This document shows, piece by piece, positions 20,219 to 30,412 of a stretch of 64,000 nucleotides of DNA. The notes beneath the pieces were generated by a model that did no database searches, was not told the DNA's origin, and saw only the letters and a program-made list of their open reading frames with translations. The DNA is from an uncultured Eubacteriales bacterium (GTDB lineage Bacteria > Bacillota_I > Bacilli_A > RF39 > UBA660). Positions within the stretch are counted from its first letter, which is position 1; every line of letters begins with the position of its first letter. The position numbers and the translations under genes are program-made. Where the stretch lies: positions 25,918 to 89,917 of the forward strand of contig CAUUHY010000003.1 of assembly GCA_963545265.1 (NCBI GenBank), in the 5' to 3' direction.

Positions 20219-22732
20219 ATGAAAAGAAACGAAGTAGATAGAACAAAAATTAGCCCTATGATGAGACAATATCTTGAAGTAAAAGATGAATATCTAGATG
20301 CTATAGTATTTTATAGATTAGGTGACTTTTACGAGATGTTTTTTGAAGATGCAGTAATTGGATCTAAAGAATTAGAACTAGCACTTACTGGAAGAGATGC
20401 ATCACTTGATGAAAGAGTGCCAATGTGTGGTGTTCCTGCTAAAGCATATAGTGTATATGTAGAAAAACTAGTAGAAAAAGGTTATAAAGTAGCAATATGT
20501 GAACAATTAGAAGATCCTAAAACTACTAAAGGTATGGTAAAAAGAGGAGTTATACAAGTTGTTACTAAAGGAACTATACTCGATAACTTTATAGATTCTA
20601 AAACATCTAATTATATTGCTAATATATATGCTTTTTCATATTGTTATGGTATATCTTATACAGATATTACAACAGGATATTTTTATGCGTTTATAATAGA
20701 TAAAGATGTAGAAAAAACTATCTTAAAAGAAAATATTAAAGAAGTAATAGTAACTAGTAATACAAGTAAAGAAATAGTTAATAATTTAAGAAATAACAAT
20801 GTTTTAGTTACGATAAGTGATGATATTAATACTAATCAAGAATATAGTTATTTATATAAAGATTTAGAAGATGAAAGATTAAAAATAACAGCAAGTCATT
20901 TATTATCATATTTAGAATATGTTAAAAAAGGTGACTTAAAACATTTACAGAAAATAGTAAGTTTAAAAGCTAATAACTTCTTAGAATTTGATGATAATAC
21001 TGTAAGAAATTTAGAATTAGTTAAGACATTAAGAACTAAAGAAAGAAAAAATTCACTTTTAGGTTTTATAGATAAAACTGAAACTGCTATGGGATCTAGA
21101 ACTTTAGAATATAATTTACTTCATCCCCTAAGAGATAGAAAAGAAATAGAAAAAAGATATGATCAAGTAGAAAAACTTTTAACAGAGTTTATTATATCTA
21201 GTGAATTAAAAGAAGTATTAAATAATATCTATGACTTAGAAAGAATAGTATCTAGAATATCTTATGGTAATTTAAGTGGTAAAGATTTATTACAATTAAA
21301 AAATAGTATCTACTATTTAAAAGATTTAAAAAAAATAATTAAAGAGCTAAATTTTGATTATGAAATAGATACACTAGATGATTTATATAACTTATTAGAA
21401 AGTTCAATTAACGAAGATATACCTATAGTATTAAATGAAGGTAATTTAATAAAGAGTGGTTATTCTAAAGAATTAGATGACTTAAGAGAAATTAAAAATA
21501 ATTCTAAAAAATATATACTTGAACTAGAAAGAGCTGAAAGAGAAAAAACAGGTATAAAAACTTTAAAAATATCTTATAACAAAGTATTTGGTTATTATAT
21601 AGAGATAACTAAAGCAAGTTTAAAAGATATTAAATTAGAAGGCTATATTAGAAAACAAACATTATTTAATTCAGAAAGATTTATTACAGCGGAACTTAAA
21701 GAAAAAGAAGATATTATATTTAATGCTTCTTTAAAGATAAATGCTTTAGAATATGATTTATTTACTGAAGTTAAAGAAAAAGTTAAGACTTATTTAGAAC
21801 TTATTCAAAAAAATGCTAAAAATATAGCACAGATTGATATGCTATTATCTTTTTCGATAATAAGTAGTAATCATTCTTTAGTAAGACCTAAGTTAAATGA
21901 AGAAAATATCGTCGATATAGAAAATGGTCGTCATTTAATAGTTGAAAGTGTTACTAATAACTATGTAGATAATTCTATAAAGATGAAAGAAGATACATCT
22001 ATACTTTTAATAACAGGACCTAATATGGCTGGTAAAAGTACGTATATGAGAGAACTTGCTTTAATAGTTATAATGGCTCAAATGGGATGTTTTGTACCTG
22101 CTAAAAGTGCAAATATTATGATTTTTGATAAAATATTTACAAGAATTGGAGCAAGTGATGATTTAATATCTGGAGATTCTACATTTATGATAGAGATGAA
22201 AGAAGCTAGTTTTGCGTTATCATCTGCTACTAAAAACTCTTTAATCCTATTTGATGAACTTGGAAGAGGAACTGCAACATATGATGGAATGTCTCTTGCA
22301 CAAGCAATGCTTGAATATATTCATAATGAAATAGGAGCTAAGACACTTTTTTCAACTCATTATCATGAACTTACTAATCTTACAAAAGACTTAAAACGCT
22401 TGAAAAATGTTCATGTAAAAGCTATAGTAGAAGATAAGAATATAATATTTTTACATAAGATAGAAAATGGAAGTGTAGATAAGAGTTATGGAGTTAATGT
22501 AGCTCATTTAGCAGGAGTTAATAAAGAAATAGTAGATAGAGCAAGTGAAATTTTAAACACTTACGAAAAGAAGAAAAAAACAAAAGAAATAATACAAGAT
22601 TCATTTGTTTTTGAAGAAGAAAAAGAATCTTGTATAAAATTAGATGTTTTAAAAGATATAGATTTAAATACTATGACACCACTTGAAGCACTTAATTTTT
22701 TATATGAGTTAAAAAAAGATATGGAAGGTTAG
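20219..22732 (+). CDS. mutS: DNA mismatch repair protein MutS
   Basis: N-terminal mismatch-binding motif (TPMMRQYLE.K....D...F.R.GDFYE.F), Walker A GPNMAGKST, 837 aa. Confidence 0.95.
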   Translation: MKRNEVDRTKISPMMRQYLEVKDEYLDAIVFYRLGDFYEMFFEDAVIGSKELELALTGRDASLDERVPMCGVPAKAYSVYVEKLVEKGYKVAICEQLEDPKTTKGMVKRGVIQVVTKGTILDNFIDSKTSNYIANIYAFSYCYGISYTDITTGYFYAFIIDKDVEKTILKENIKEVIVTSNTSKEIVNNLRNNNVLVTISDDINTNQEYSYLYKDLEDERLKITASHLLSYLEYVKKGDLKHLQKIVSLKANNFLEFDDNTVRNLELVKTLRTKERKNSLLGFIDKTETAMGSRTLEYNLLHPLRDRKEIEKRYDQVEKLLTEFIISSELKEVLNNIYDLERIVSRISYGNLSGKDLLQLKNSIYYLKDLKKIIKELNFDYEIDTLDDLYNLLESSINEDIPIVLNEGNLIKSGYSKELDDLREIKNNSKKYILELERAEREKTGIKTLKISYNKVFGYYIEITKASLKDIKLEGYIRKQTLFNSERFITAELKEKEDIIFNASLKINALEYDLFTEVKEKVKTYLELIQKNAKNIAQIDMLLSFSIISSNHSLVRPKLNEENIVDIENGRHLIVESVTNNYVDNSIKMKEDTSILLITGPNMAGKSTYMRELALIVIMAQMGCFVPAKSANIMIFDKIFTRIGASDDLISGDSTFMIEMKEASFALSSATKNSLILFDELGRGTATYDGMSLAQAMLEYIHNEIGAKTLFSTHYHELTNLTKDLKRLKNVHVKAIVEDKNIIFLHKIENGSVDKSYGVNVAHLAGVNKEIVDRASEILNTYEKKKKTKEIIQDSFVFEEEKESCIKLDVLKDIDLNTMTPLEALNFLYELKKDMEG

Positions 22733-22733
22733 A

Positions 22734-24116
22734 ATGGAATTAAAATATATTTATGATAATATTCAAAATCCTTTGGATAATAATACTATAAGATACATAT
22801 ATGATAATTATGGATTTGTTCCTACTTATAATATAGTTGTAGGATTAGGTACTAAACCTAATACGAGGTTTGATATTCCTCAAAGAGATAAATATAATAA
22901 AATGTTATTTGATATATGGAAAAATAGTATTTTAAATTTATCTATGGAAAGAATAGAGGAATTAGAAAAAAGATTTCTTTACAAAGATATTAGAAGAATC
23001 AGACATAGATTATCTATGCCATTAGATGAAAAATATAATTTAAATACTACTTTGGGTATATATGATTTTTTAACTGAAGAAAAAATGGATAAAGCTTATT
23101 TTTGTATGCCTGAAAATTTACTTAATCATAGGTTTGTTCATACTATAAGTGAAAAAGTAGATTTATCAGAAGACACTTATTTTGATGTGGAACATAGACT
23201 TTATGTAAATATAGCTAATGAAAACGTTTATAAGTTAGCTCATAAATTAGTAGAGAAGTTTGGTGAAAAAAATCTACCATTTTATTTTAAATTTGAAGAT
23301 TTAAATAATAGAAAAGATGGATTTGTAATATATTCTGATACTAAAAATTTAGCTAAATATTCAGAATGTTTAGATGAAGTATATAGTGAAAATAAAGAAC
23401 TTAGAATGAGTACTTATTCACCATTAATGTTTGGTGGAAGAATAAGTGATTATTATTGTATAGGAGACGAACCAAACATTGAAGATAAAAGTTATTCTTT
23501 TAATACTTTAAGAGCAGAATGTATAGATAATGCGATGACAAGAAGTATTAGAAGATGGATGTATGAAAATCAAGATGTAGATTTAAAAAGAAATGGTAAA
23601 ATAGTTAAATTTAAAGATTATATGACTGATAAAATTGTGGATTTATTAATTAATGATATATATTCAGGAGAAAATAAATATAAAAATTATCATAATTTAC
23701 ATGAAAATGTATTTTCAGCTAGAAATATTGGAGAATTAAAAAAATCTTTAAAAGTTGGAGTAGATGGATATATTAACGGTAAAAAGTTAGAGCCTATGAA
23801 AGTATATGAAAATCCATGGTTAGATGAAGCAAGAGATAAGCCATCTAAATTACAAGGTATATTTAGTATGGGAATAGATCCTACTAAAAATACAAGGCCT
23901 AATTTTTTAGGGTCTGTATCACCTAGTATTATTGATGAACTTATAAAAGTAGAGCTTGGTAGTAAAATCATTCATAGATTTGCAGATTATAGTGGTTATT
24001 TTAAACACTATTTAATAGAAGAATTAAGAAAAAATAATATAGATGTAAATAAGCCATGCTTTAATATTGGGACAGAAGAAAAATTTAATAATCCTGATTA
24101 TTGGCATCAAATATAA
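22734..24116 (+). CDS. hypothetical protein (460 aa) occupying the usual mutL position; not MutL
   Basis: No GHKL ATPase motifs; no signal peptide; start 1 nt after mutS stop. Confidence 0.4.
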   Translation: MELKYIYDNIQNPLDNNTIRYIYDNYGFVPTYNIVVGLGTKPNTRFDIPQRDKYNKMLFDIWKNSILNLSMERIEELEKRFLYKDIRRIRHRLSMPLDEKYNLNTTLGIYDFLTEEKMDKAYFCMPENLLNHRFVHTISEKVDLSEDTYFDVEHRLYVNIANENVYKLAHKLVEKFGEKNLPFYFKFEDLNNRKDGFVIYSDTKNLAKYSECLDEVYSENKELRMSTYSPLMFGGRISDYYCIGDEPNIEDKSYSFNTLRAECIDNAMTRSIRRWMYENQDVDLKRNGKIVKFKDYMTDKIVDLLINDIYSGENKYKNYHNLHENVFSARNIGELKKSLKVGVDGYINGKKLEPMKVYENPWLDEARDKPSKLQGIFSMGIDPTKNTRPNFLGSVSPSIIDELIKVELGSKIIHRFADYSGYFKHYLIEELRKNNIDVNKPCFNIGTEEKFNNPDYWHQI

Positions 24117-24140
24117 ATTGGTTTAAGGAAGGAAAATTAA

Positions 24141-24755
24141 ATGAGAGCATTTGATGATATAAAAAAAGAAATTGAAACAAGTAGAATTAAAGAATTAAAA
24201 AAATTTTATAAACAAAAAGAAGATTTAAATAAAAGAGAAATTGATAGAGATACAGCAACAAGATATATAGAATATATAGAAAATGAACTAGAACGTTTAA
24301 ATTTAATAACTCATATGAAAATAGCACATGATGTTAACAAATTAATTAATGCTATAAAAAATGACATGTTAAAAGACAAAAAAATTAGTTTAAAAACTTT
24401 AGAAGAAGCTAGAGAATCTTTAGATATACCAATAGAAGAAATAGAAAAATTAACAAAAGAAAATCCTTATAATAAAAATTTTGGAGATAAATTACGTCAA
24501 AGAGTAAACTCTTTTTATAGTACTTCTATGCCAATGGCAGAAGATCTTGAACAAATAGAAAGAAATTTTTATGAAATGGGTTTAAAAGACAATTATGAAA
24601 GAGATATAGCTTATATAAATTTTGTAGAAGCAAGAATGGCATCAGGAGATTTATATTCTGCAGTATTTATAGATGAATTTTTACCTCATTCTCTTTATAT
24701 GCAAACTAAACAACGTGTTCTTTCTCAAACTAAACAATTAAAAAAGAAACAATAA
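24141..24755 (+). CDS. hypothetical coiled-coil protein (204 aa)
   Basis: RBS aaggaagg; charged helical sequence; no recognised domain. Confidence 0.4.
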   Translation: MRAFDDIKKEIETSRIKELKKFYKQKEDLNKREIDRDTATRYIEYIENELERLNLITHMKIAHDVNKLINAIKNDMLKDKKISLKTLEEARESLDIPIEEIEKLTKENPYNKNFGDKLRQRVNSFYSTSMPMAEDLEQIERNFYEMGLKDNYERDIAYINFVEARMASGDLYSAVFIDEFLPHSLYMQTKQRVLSQTKQLKKKQ

Positions 24756-24765
24756 ATATATATTT

Positions 24766-24795
24766 ACATCAAAGATGATTCTTTGATGTTTTTTA
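24766..24795 (+). terminator. rho-independent terminator
   Basis: acatcaaag-atgattc-tttgatgt followed by tttttt. Confidence 0.65.
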
Positions 24796-24829
24796 TTATA
24801 AATATGTTATTATATAGATAATATAGGAG

Positions 24830-26746
24830 ATGATAATGAATAAAAAAATTTCAAAGATATTTTTACTTCTTTTAATAACTTTTGTACTAATTTCTAGTTT
24901 AGCAATGTTACTTAAAGAAAAAAATACTAAAATTAATAATAAGCATCTTAAATTAAATTATGAACTTAGTTATGAAGAAGCTTTTCCAGATAAAGAATTT
25001 AGAAGATTAATTTTATCTATGTTATATAAACATTCTGAAGAGAAATGGGGAGAAAGAGAAGATAGAGAAATATATGGGGATCTTTATAGTGCTCTTAAAA
25101 TCACTGGTGATGCAGCAAATTCTGGAATTACAAGTGCTATTACAGATGAGGAATTAGAAAGATATAGTAAACAAAAAATAGATAAAAATTTTTTAGATAA
25201 AGTTCTTGTTTTGCACCCTAATTCAGAAGTTAAAAATTATCAAAATATTATTAATTTAACTGGAATTGAATATTTGAAAAATGTAAAAAGAATAGTAATA
25301 GCTAATTCTAAAATAAAAGAAGCAGATTTTAGTCAAAACCAAAAATTAGAAACTTTATTTTTAACTGAAAAATTTCATTCTACATATCAAATTCTGGACA
25401 TAGAGGGAACTTCAATACTTGAAAGAGTTAATATAAAAAGTAATGAAAATTTGAAACATTTAATTTTAAATTTTAATCCTAATAAAGAAAATACAGTTGA
25501 TTTAAGTGGTAATCCTAATTTAGAAGCTTTATATATAATAAAAAGTAACCTAAAAGAAATAGATTTAACTCATAATCCTAATTTAAATAGTTCTGATATA
25601 AATCTTCAAGGTAATAAACTTCAAAGTATTAAAGCTAACAGTCCTAGTGAAAATTTTAGATATGGAGCGAGTGAACAAAAAATAACTATTGAAGTTGATC
25701 AAGGAGTTCCTATAAAAATACCTTTAAAATTTAATGATACAGAATCTTATTTAGAAGGGACTGGATTTACTAGAGAAAATGACGTATATACTTTTAATCA
25801 AGTAGGAACACATACATATAATTTTTATAATAGACAAAGAGATTATAGTGGTACGGTAGAAGTTACTGTAACTGGAGGGGAAGCAAAAAACTTTACTCCT
25901 TTAATAACTAATGATAGTAGATGTTATGTAAATGAAAGGTGTAGTTTAGCTGATAATATTTATAATATACCAAGAGATGCTAATATAGTATCAGTAACAT
26001 CTTGTGATCATGGAAATGCAACAGGAATAATTTTAGTTCCTAATCAAAAAGGACTAGGAACTTGTGATGTTAAAATTACTTTTGGTGATGGTTCAACGAA
26101 AACATATAAAGTTAAAATACCAGTATTTGAAAAAAATATAAAAGAAATAGAACCATTTAAACCAATTTATCCAAAAAGTAAGTATATAGAAGGAGAATTT
26201 GCAAAAAATTTATTGCTTAGTTATTCTGAAGTACAAAATGAAAGAGATGATTATTTAAATATATTAAATAAAAAATCAAAATGTAATTATGAAACATTTA
26301 TTTGCGATAATATAAGGTATAAAACAGAAGCTTTTTATCGATCTATAGGAGATAAAGCAATTTCTGATAATCCAATACCAGGAAAAGCTTATGATTATTT
26401 TTCAGTAAATAATACAGCTATATTAGATAGTAAAGTTAAAGTATATAATAGTAAACAGATGGAACAAGTTGTTAGAAATTATCCTAATGGATCAAGTCTT
26501 ATAGATTGGCAAGGGGATGAAAATCAAAAAATATTTTATATTTATAATCAGTGGTTAAATGGAGTTCCTAATATATTAGAAACCACAATTCTAAGAGATA
26601 CAGATCATGATGGAATTCCTGATATAGATGATGAAGATGATGATAATGACGGAGTAAGTGATGCACAAGAAGTACTTGATAAAACTGATCCAAAAGATGC
26701 TAGTAGTTTTAAAGTAACAAAAATATGTTACAAAGTTAAAGGATAG
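24830..26746 (+). CDS. LRR/TSP3-motif surface protein, paralog A
   Basis: Signal/TM; LNYELSYEEAFPDKEFRRL motif; LRR block; DTDHDGIPDIDDEDDDNDGVSD; C-terminal about 185 aa identical to paralog B. Confidence 0.55.
   Translation: MIMNKKISKIFLLLLITFVLISSLAMLLKEKNTKINNKHLKLNYELSYEEAFPDKEFRRLILSMLYKHSEEKWGEREDREIYGDLYSALKITGDAANSGITSAITDEELERYSKQKIDKNFLDKVLVLHPNSEVKNYQNIINLTGIEYLKNVKRIVIANSKIKEADFSQNQKLETLFLTEKFHSTYQILDIEGTSILERVNIKSNENLKHLILNFNPNKENTVDLSGNPNLEALYIIKSNLKEIDLTHNPNLNSSDINLQGNKLQSIKANSPSENFRYGASEQKITIEVDQGVPIKIPLKFNDTESYLEGTGFTRENDVYTFNQVGTHTYNFYNRQRDYSGTVEVTVTGGEAKNFTPLITNDSRCYVNERCSLADNIYNIPRDANIVSVTSCDHGNATGIILVPNQKGLGTCDVKITFGDGSTKTYKVKIPVFEKNIKEIEPFKPIYPKSKYIEGEFAKNLLLSYSEVQNERDDYLNILNKKSKCNYETFICDNIRYKTEAFYRSIGDKAISDNPIPGKAYDYFSVNNTAILDSKVKVYNSKQMEQVVRNYPNGSSLIDWQGDENQKIFYIYNQWLNGVPNILETTILRDTDHDGIPDIDDEDDDNDGVSDAQEVLDKTDPKDASSFKVTKICYKVKG
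25958..26479 (+). repeat. 522-bp exact direct repeat, copy 1 (inside paralog A)
   Basis: Identical to 27933..28454 by direct comparison (offset 1975 bp). Confidence 0.8.
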
Positions 26747-26807
26747 TATAAACTATTCTTTTTTTCTTTTTCTAATAGTGTTATTATATAAAAAATAGGA
26801 GACTTTT

Positions 26808-28736
26808 ATGAAAAGTTCTAAAAAATTGCTAAATTTTATAATAATTTTATTGTTATTTCTAAGTTTTTTAAGTATATTTTTTATAAGTAAAAATAATAAA
26901 ATATTAAAAAAACAAGTTAAACTAAATTATGACAAAACTTACGAACAAGCTTTTCCAGATAAAGAGTTTAGAAGATTAATACTTACAATGCTTTATAAAT
27001 ATAATGAACGTGATTATGGTTTAGAGAGGAAGAGAGAGCATTTTGATACTTTTTATCATGCAATTAAACTTACAGGAGATTTATGGGATGCAGGTATAGA
27101 TAAAGCATTAACTGATGAAGAATTAAATAGATATAGTAAAGATAAGTTAGATAAGAATTTTCTTGAAAAAATAGTGGTAATACATACTAATCCAGATACT
27201 GAAACATATAAAAAAATTGCTGATTTAGCTGGTGTAGAGTATTTGCCAAATTTAGCAGTAGTTGCTATATCTGGTTCTAATATAAAATTAGCGCATTTTA
27301 ATTATAATCCTAAGTTAGAAACTTTATTTTTACCGGAGAGATTTTACCAAAGTCATTTCAAACATTATGTTCAAGGAACTTCTAAATTAGATAATGTAGA
27401 TCTTAGAAACAATAGGAATTTAAGACATCTTATATTAAATTTTGAACCGCATAAAGAAAATACTATAGATTTAAGTGGTAATCCTGATTTAGAAGCTATA
27501 TATATAGAAAGTAGTTCTTTAAAAGAAATAGATCTAACTAATAAAGGAAGATTAATGGATGATAAAAATATAAATTTAGAAAATAATAATCTTCAATTAA
27601 TTAAAGCTGATAAAGCTAATCCAGGATATAAATTTGGTGCAAGTAATCAAAAAATAAAAGTAAATGCTGAAAAAGGAGTTCCTATAAGGATACCATTAAA
27701 AGTAAATAATTATGATGCTTATTTAGAAGGTAGTGGATTTACTAGAGAAAATGACGTATATACATTTAATCAAGTAGGAACACATTATTATAATTTTAAT
27801 GATGATGACAGAGACTATAGTGGTACAGTAGAAGTTAATATAATTGGAGGGGATTCCAAAAATTTTACTCCTTTAATAACTACTAATGATAGTAGATGTT
27901 ATATAAATCAAAGCTGTAGTTTAGCTGATAAAATTTATAATATACCAAGAGATGCTAATATAGTATCAGTAACATCTTGTGATCATGGAAATGCAACAGG
28001 AATAATTTTAGTTCCTAATCAAAAAGGACTAGGAACTTGTGATGTTAAAATTACTTTTGGTGATGGTTCAACGAAAACATATAAAGTTAAAATACCAGTA
28101 TTTGAAAAAAATATAAAAGAAATAGAACCATTTAAACCAATTTATCCAAAAAGTAAGTATATAGAAGGAGAATTTGCAAAAAATTTATTGCTTAGTTATT
28201 CTGAAGTACAAAATGAAAGAGATGATTATTTAAATATATTAAATAAAAAATCAAAATGTAATTATGAAACATTTATTTGCGATAATATAAGGTATAAAAC
28301 AGAAGCTTTTTATCGATCTATAGGAGATAAAGCAATTTCTGATAATCCAATACCAGGAAAAGCTTATGATTATTTTTCAGTAAATAATACAGCTATATTA
28401 GATAGTAAAGTTAAAGTATATAATAGTAAACAGATGGAACAAGTTGTTAGAAATCATGGCAATGGAACTGGTGGAAAATTTATAAATTGGCAAGGTGATG
28501 AAGAAGAAAAAATTTATTATATTTTTCCTATTCAAAGTAATGTAGAAACGCTAGAAAACCCAAAATTTGAAACCACAATTCTAAGAGATACAGATCATGA
28601 TGGAATTCCTGATAAAGATGATGAAGATGATGATAATGATGGAATAAGTGATGCTCAAGAAGTACTTGATCAAACTGATCCAAAAGATGCTAGCAGTTTT
28701 AAAGTAACAAAAATATGTTATAAAGTTAAAGGATAG
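26808..28736 (+). CDS. LRR/TSP3-motif surface protein, paralog B (tandem duplicate)
   Basis: Same architecture as 24830..26746; 522-bp block 100% identical; nearly identical 3' UTR. Confidence 0.55.
   Translation: MKSSKKLLNFIIILLLFLSFLSIFFISKNNKILKKQVKLNYDKTYEQAFPDKEFRRLILTMLYKYNERDYGLERKREHFDTFYHAIKLTGDLWDAGIDKALTDEELNRYSKDKLDKNFLEKIVVIHTNPDTETYKKIADLAGVEYLPNLAVVAISGSNIKLAHFNYNPKLETLFLPERFYQSHFKHYVQGTSKLDNVDLRNNRNLRHLILNFEPHKENTIDLSGNPDLEAIYIESSSLKEIDLTNKGRLMDDKNINLENNNLQLIKADKANPGYKFGASNQKIKVNAEKGVPIRIPLKVNNYDAYLEGSGFTRENDVYTFNQVGTHYYNFNDDDRDYSGTVEVNIIGGDSKNFTPLITTNDSRCYINQSCSLADKIYNIPRDANIVSVTSCDHGNATGIILVPNQKGLGTCDVKITFGDGSTKTYKVKIPVFEKNIKEIEPFKPIYPKSKYIEGEFAKNLLLSYSEVQNERDDYLNILNKKSKCNYETFICDNIRYKTEAFYRSIGDKAISDNPIPGKAYDYFSVNNTAILDSKVKVYNSKQMEQVVRNHGNGTGGKFINWQGDEEEKIYYIFPIQSNVETLENPKFETTILRDTDHDGIPDKDDEDDDNDGISDAQEVLDQTDPKDASSFKVTKICYKVKG
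27933..28454 (+). repeat. 522-bp exact direct repeat, copy 2 (inside paralog B)
   Basis: Identical to 25958..26479. Confidence 0.8.
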
Positions 28737-28799
28737 TATAAACTATTCTTTTTTTCTTTTTATAATAGTGTTATTATATAAATAAGGAGAAATAAATTT

Positions 28800-30311
28800 A
28801 TGGAAAAGAAAAATAATATAGTTAAAATACTTATATTTGTAGGTATTGGTTTATTAGCATTATTAGGAATTATCTTTTTTATGACTAAGATAGTATTTAA
28901 AAATAATTCTGTTAAAACAAGTACTTCTAAAGCATTTTTTATAAGAAGTTCTAAAGAAAATAAATTTGCTATATACGGAAGAGATGGAACTAAGAAGACT
29001 GATTTTATTTACAAAGAAAAAGGTGAATTCATTAATGGTTATGCAGTTGTTACATATTCTGATAACACAAAAGCTATAGTTAATGAAAATGGTAAAGATG
29101 TAATTAAAAAGGGTGAATACAAGTACATATTTTATAGTGGAGGACATTTTTTACTTCTAACACAAGAAAAAAACAAACTTTTGGATCGTAATTTAAAAGT
29201 TGTTAAAGAAGGAAAAAACTTAACAATGCTTTCTACATATTTAAAAGAAATGTCTATAGTAGCAGATGAGGCTAAAATATATTTTTATTCATCAAATGGA
29301 AAATTAATGTATGAAATAGAAGGTGAAAAATACATATCATCTTTTGATATTGTTGCAAGGGAAAACACTGTAGATAAAATAGCATCAGTTAACTATAAGA
29401 AGAAGAACTATGTATTTGATTTAAAAAATGAAAAATTTGTTGTTTCAGTAGATGCTGGATTAACAATAGGTGCTGTACTTACTGATAAAGTTAATCGTAA
29501 CTCTTATGTTGTTTTTGGAGATAAAGATTATATAGTTTCAAATAATAAAGTAGTAGCAGAAAAGGAAAAATCTTCTATTAGAGTAGAAAACTATAATATT
29601 ATTTATAAGAGTCAAGTTATATTAAATAATAATGGCGAAGTTGGAATAGAATTTGATAAAGAATCTAAAATATCATTTAATAGTCCAAATAGCTATTTAA
29701 GAGAGTTGAAAGATTCTAAAAAGATAGAAGTTTATTCAGATGGTAAGTTAAAAACTACAATAGATGGAATTTTAACTAGATCAGGTATTGCTAGTGGATA
29801 CGTTAAAGATCCATATTATGTAATAAGAAATAAAGATAAATATTTGCTTATTGATAAAGAAGGTAAAACACTTATGTCTTATGACTTTATATTGGATGTA
29901 AATATTAGTGCAAATATGGTTAAAGTTAAAGATGCAGGTAAATACTATTACGTAGATCTTAACAATAAAGAACTTACACCTAAGTCAGATTCTGAAAGTT
30001 TTGTTAAGTTAGGAAATAGATTTTATTTTTCTAAAAAAGATAAGTTAATAGATTGTAAAACAAACGAAGAATTAAATTATACTTTATATAGAATTAGTAG
30101 AACTGGAAGATATGAGCACAATGATGATGATAAATATGCTATATTAAGAAATAATAAAACTTCTAAATATGCTTTATTTAATACGAAAGAAAATAAAGTA
30201 GTAGGAGAATATGATAAACCAATTAATTTACAAGAAAATTATTATGAAGTTGATCACGAATATTATTCTTATGTAAACTACAAAGCATTTTATAATAATA
30301 AAACTAAATAA
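28800..30311 (+). CDS. membrane-anchored hypothetical protein (503 aa), beta-rich repeats
   Basis: RBS aaggagaaataaatttatg; N-terminal TM; repeated K/G/Y-rich segments. Confidence 0.4.
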   Translation: MEKKNNIVKILIFVGIGLLALLGIIFFMTKIVFKNNSVKTSTSKAFFIRSSKENKFAIYGRDGTKKTDFIYKEKGEFINGYAVVTYSDNTKAIVNENGKDVIKKGEYKYIFYSGGHFLLLTQEKNKLLDRNLKVVKEGKNLTMLSTYLKEMSIVADEAKIYFYSSNGKLMYEIEGEKYISSFDIVARENTVDKIASVNYKKKNYVFDLKNEKFVVSVDAGLTIGAVLTDKVNRNSYVVFGDKDYIVSNNKVVAEKEKSSIRVENYNIIYKSQVILNNNGEVGIEFDKESKISFNSPNSYLRELKDSKKIEVYSDGKLKTTIDGILTRSGIASGYVKDPYYVIRNKDKYLLIDKEGKTLMSYDFILDVNISANMVKVKDAGKYYYVDLNNKELTPKSDSESFVKLGNRFYFSKKDKLIDCKTNEELNYTLYRISRTGRYEHNDDDKYAILRNNKTSKYALFNTKENKVVGEYDKPINLQENYYEVDHEYYSYVNYKAFYNNKTK

Positions 30312-30318
30312 ATAACTT

Positions 30319-30350
30319 AAAATTACTATGATTTTCATAGTAATTTTTTT
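30319..30350 (+). terminator. rho-independent terminator
   Basis: aaaattactatg-atttt-catagtaatttt followed by tttttt. Confidence 0.65.
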
Positions 30351-30412
30351 CTCTAATTTGACAAAATAAAATATTCTATATACAATATATATCACTTGAG
30401 AAAGAGGTAACA

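Noticed and set aside
22734-24116. Calling the gene after mutS as mutL
   Set aside because: There is no GHKL ATPase N-terminal motif set and the length is 460 aa (MutL is about 600-650), so synteny alone is insufficient. Kept as hypothetical.
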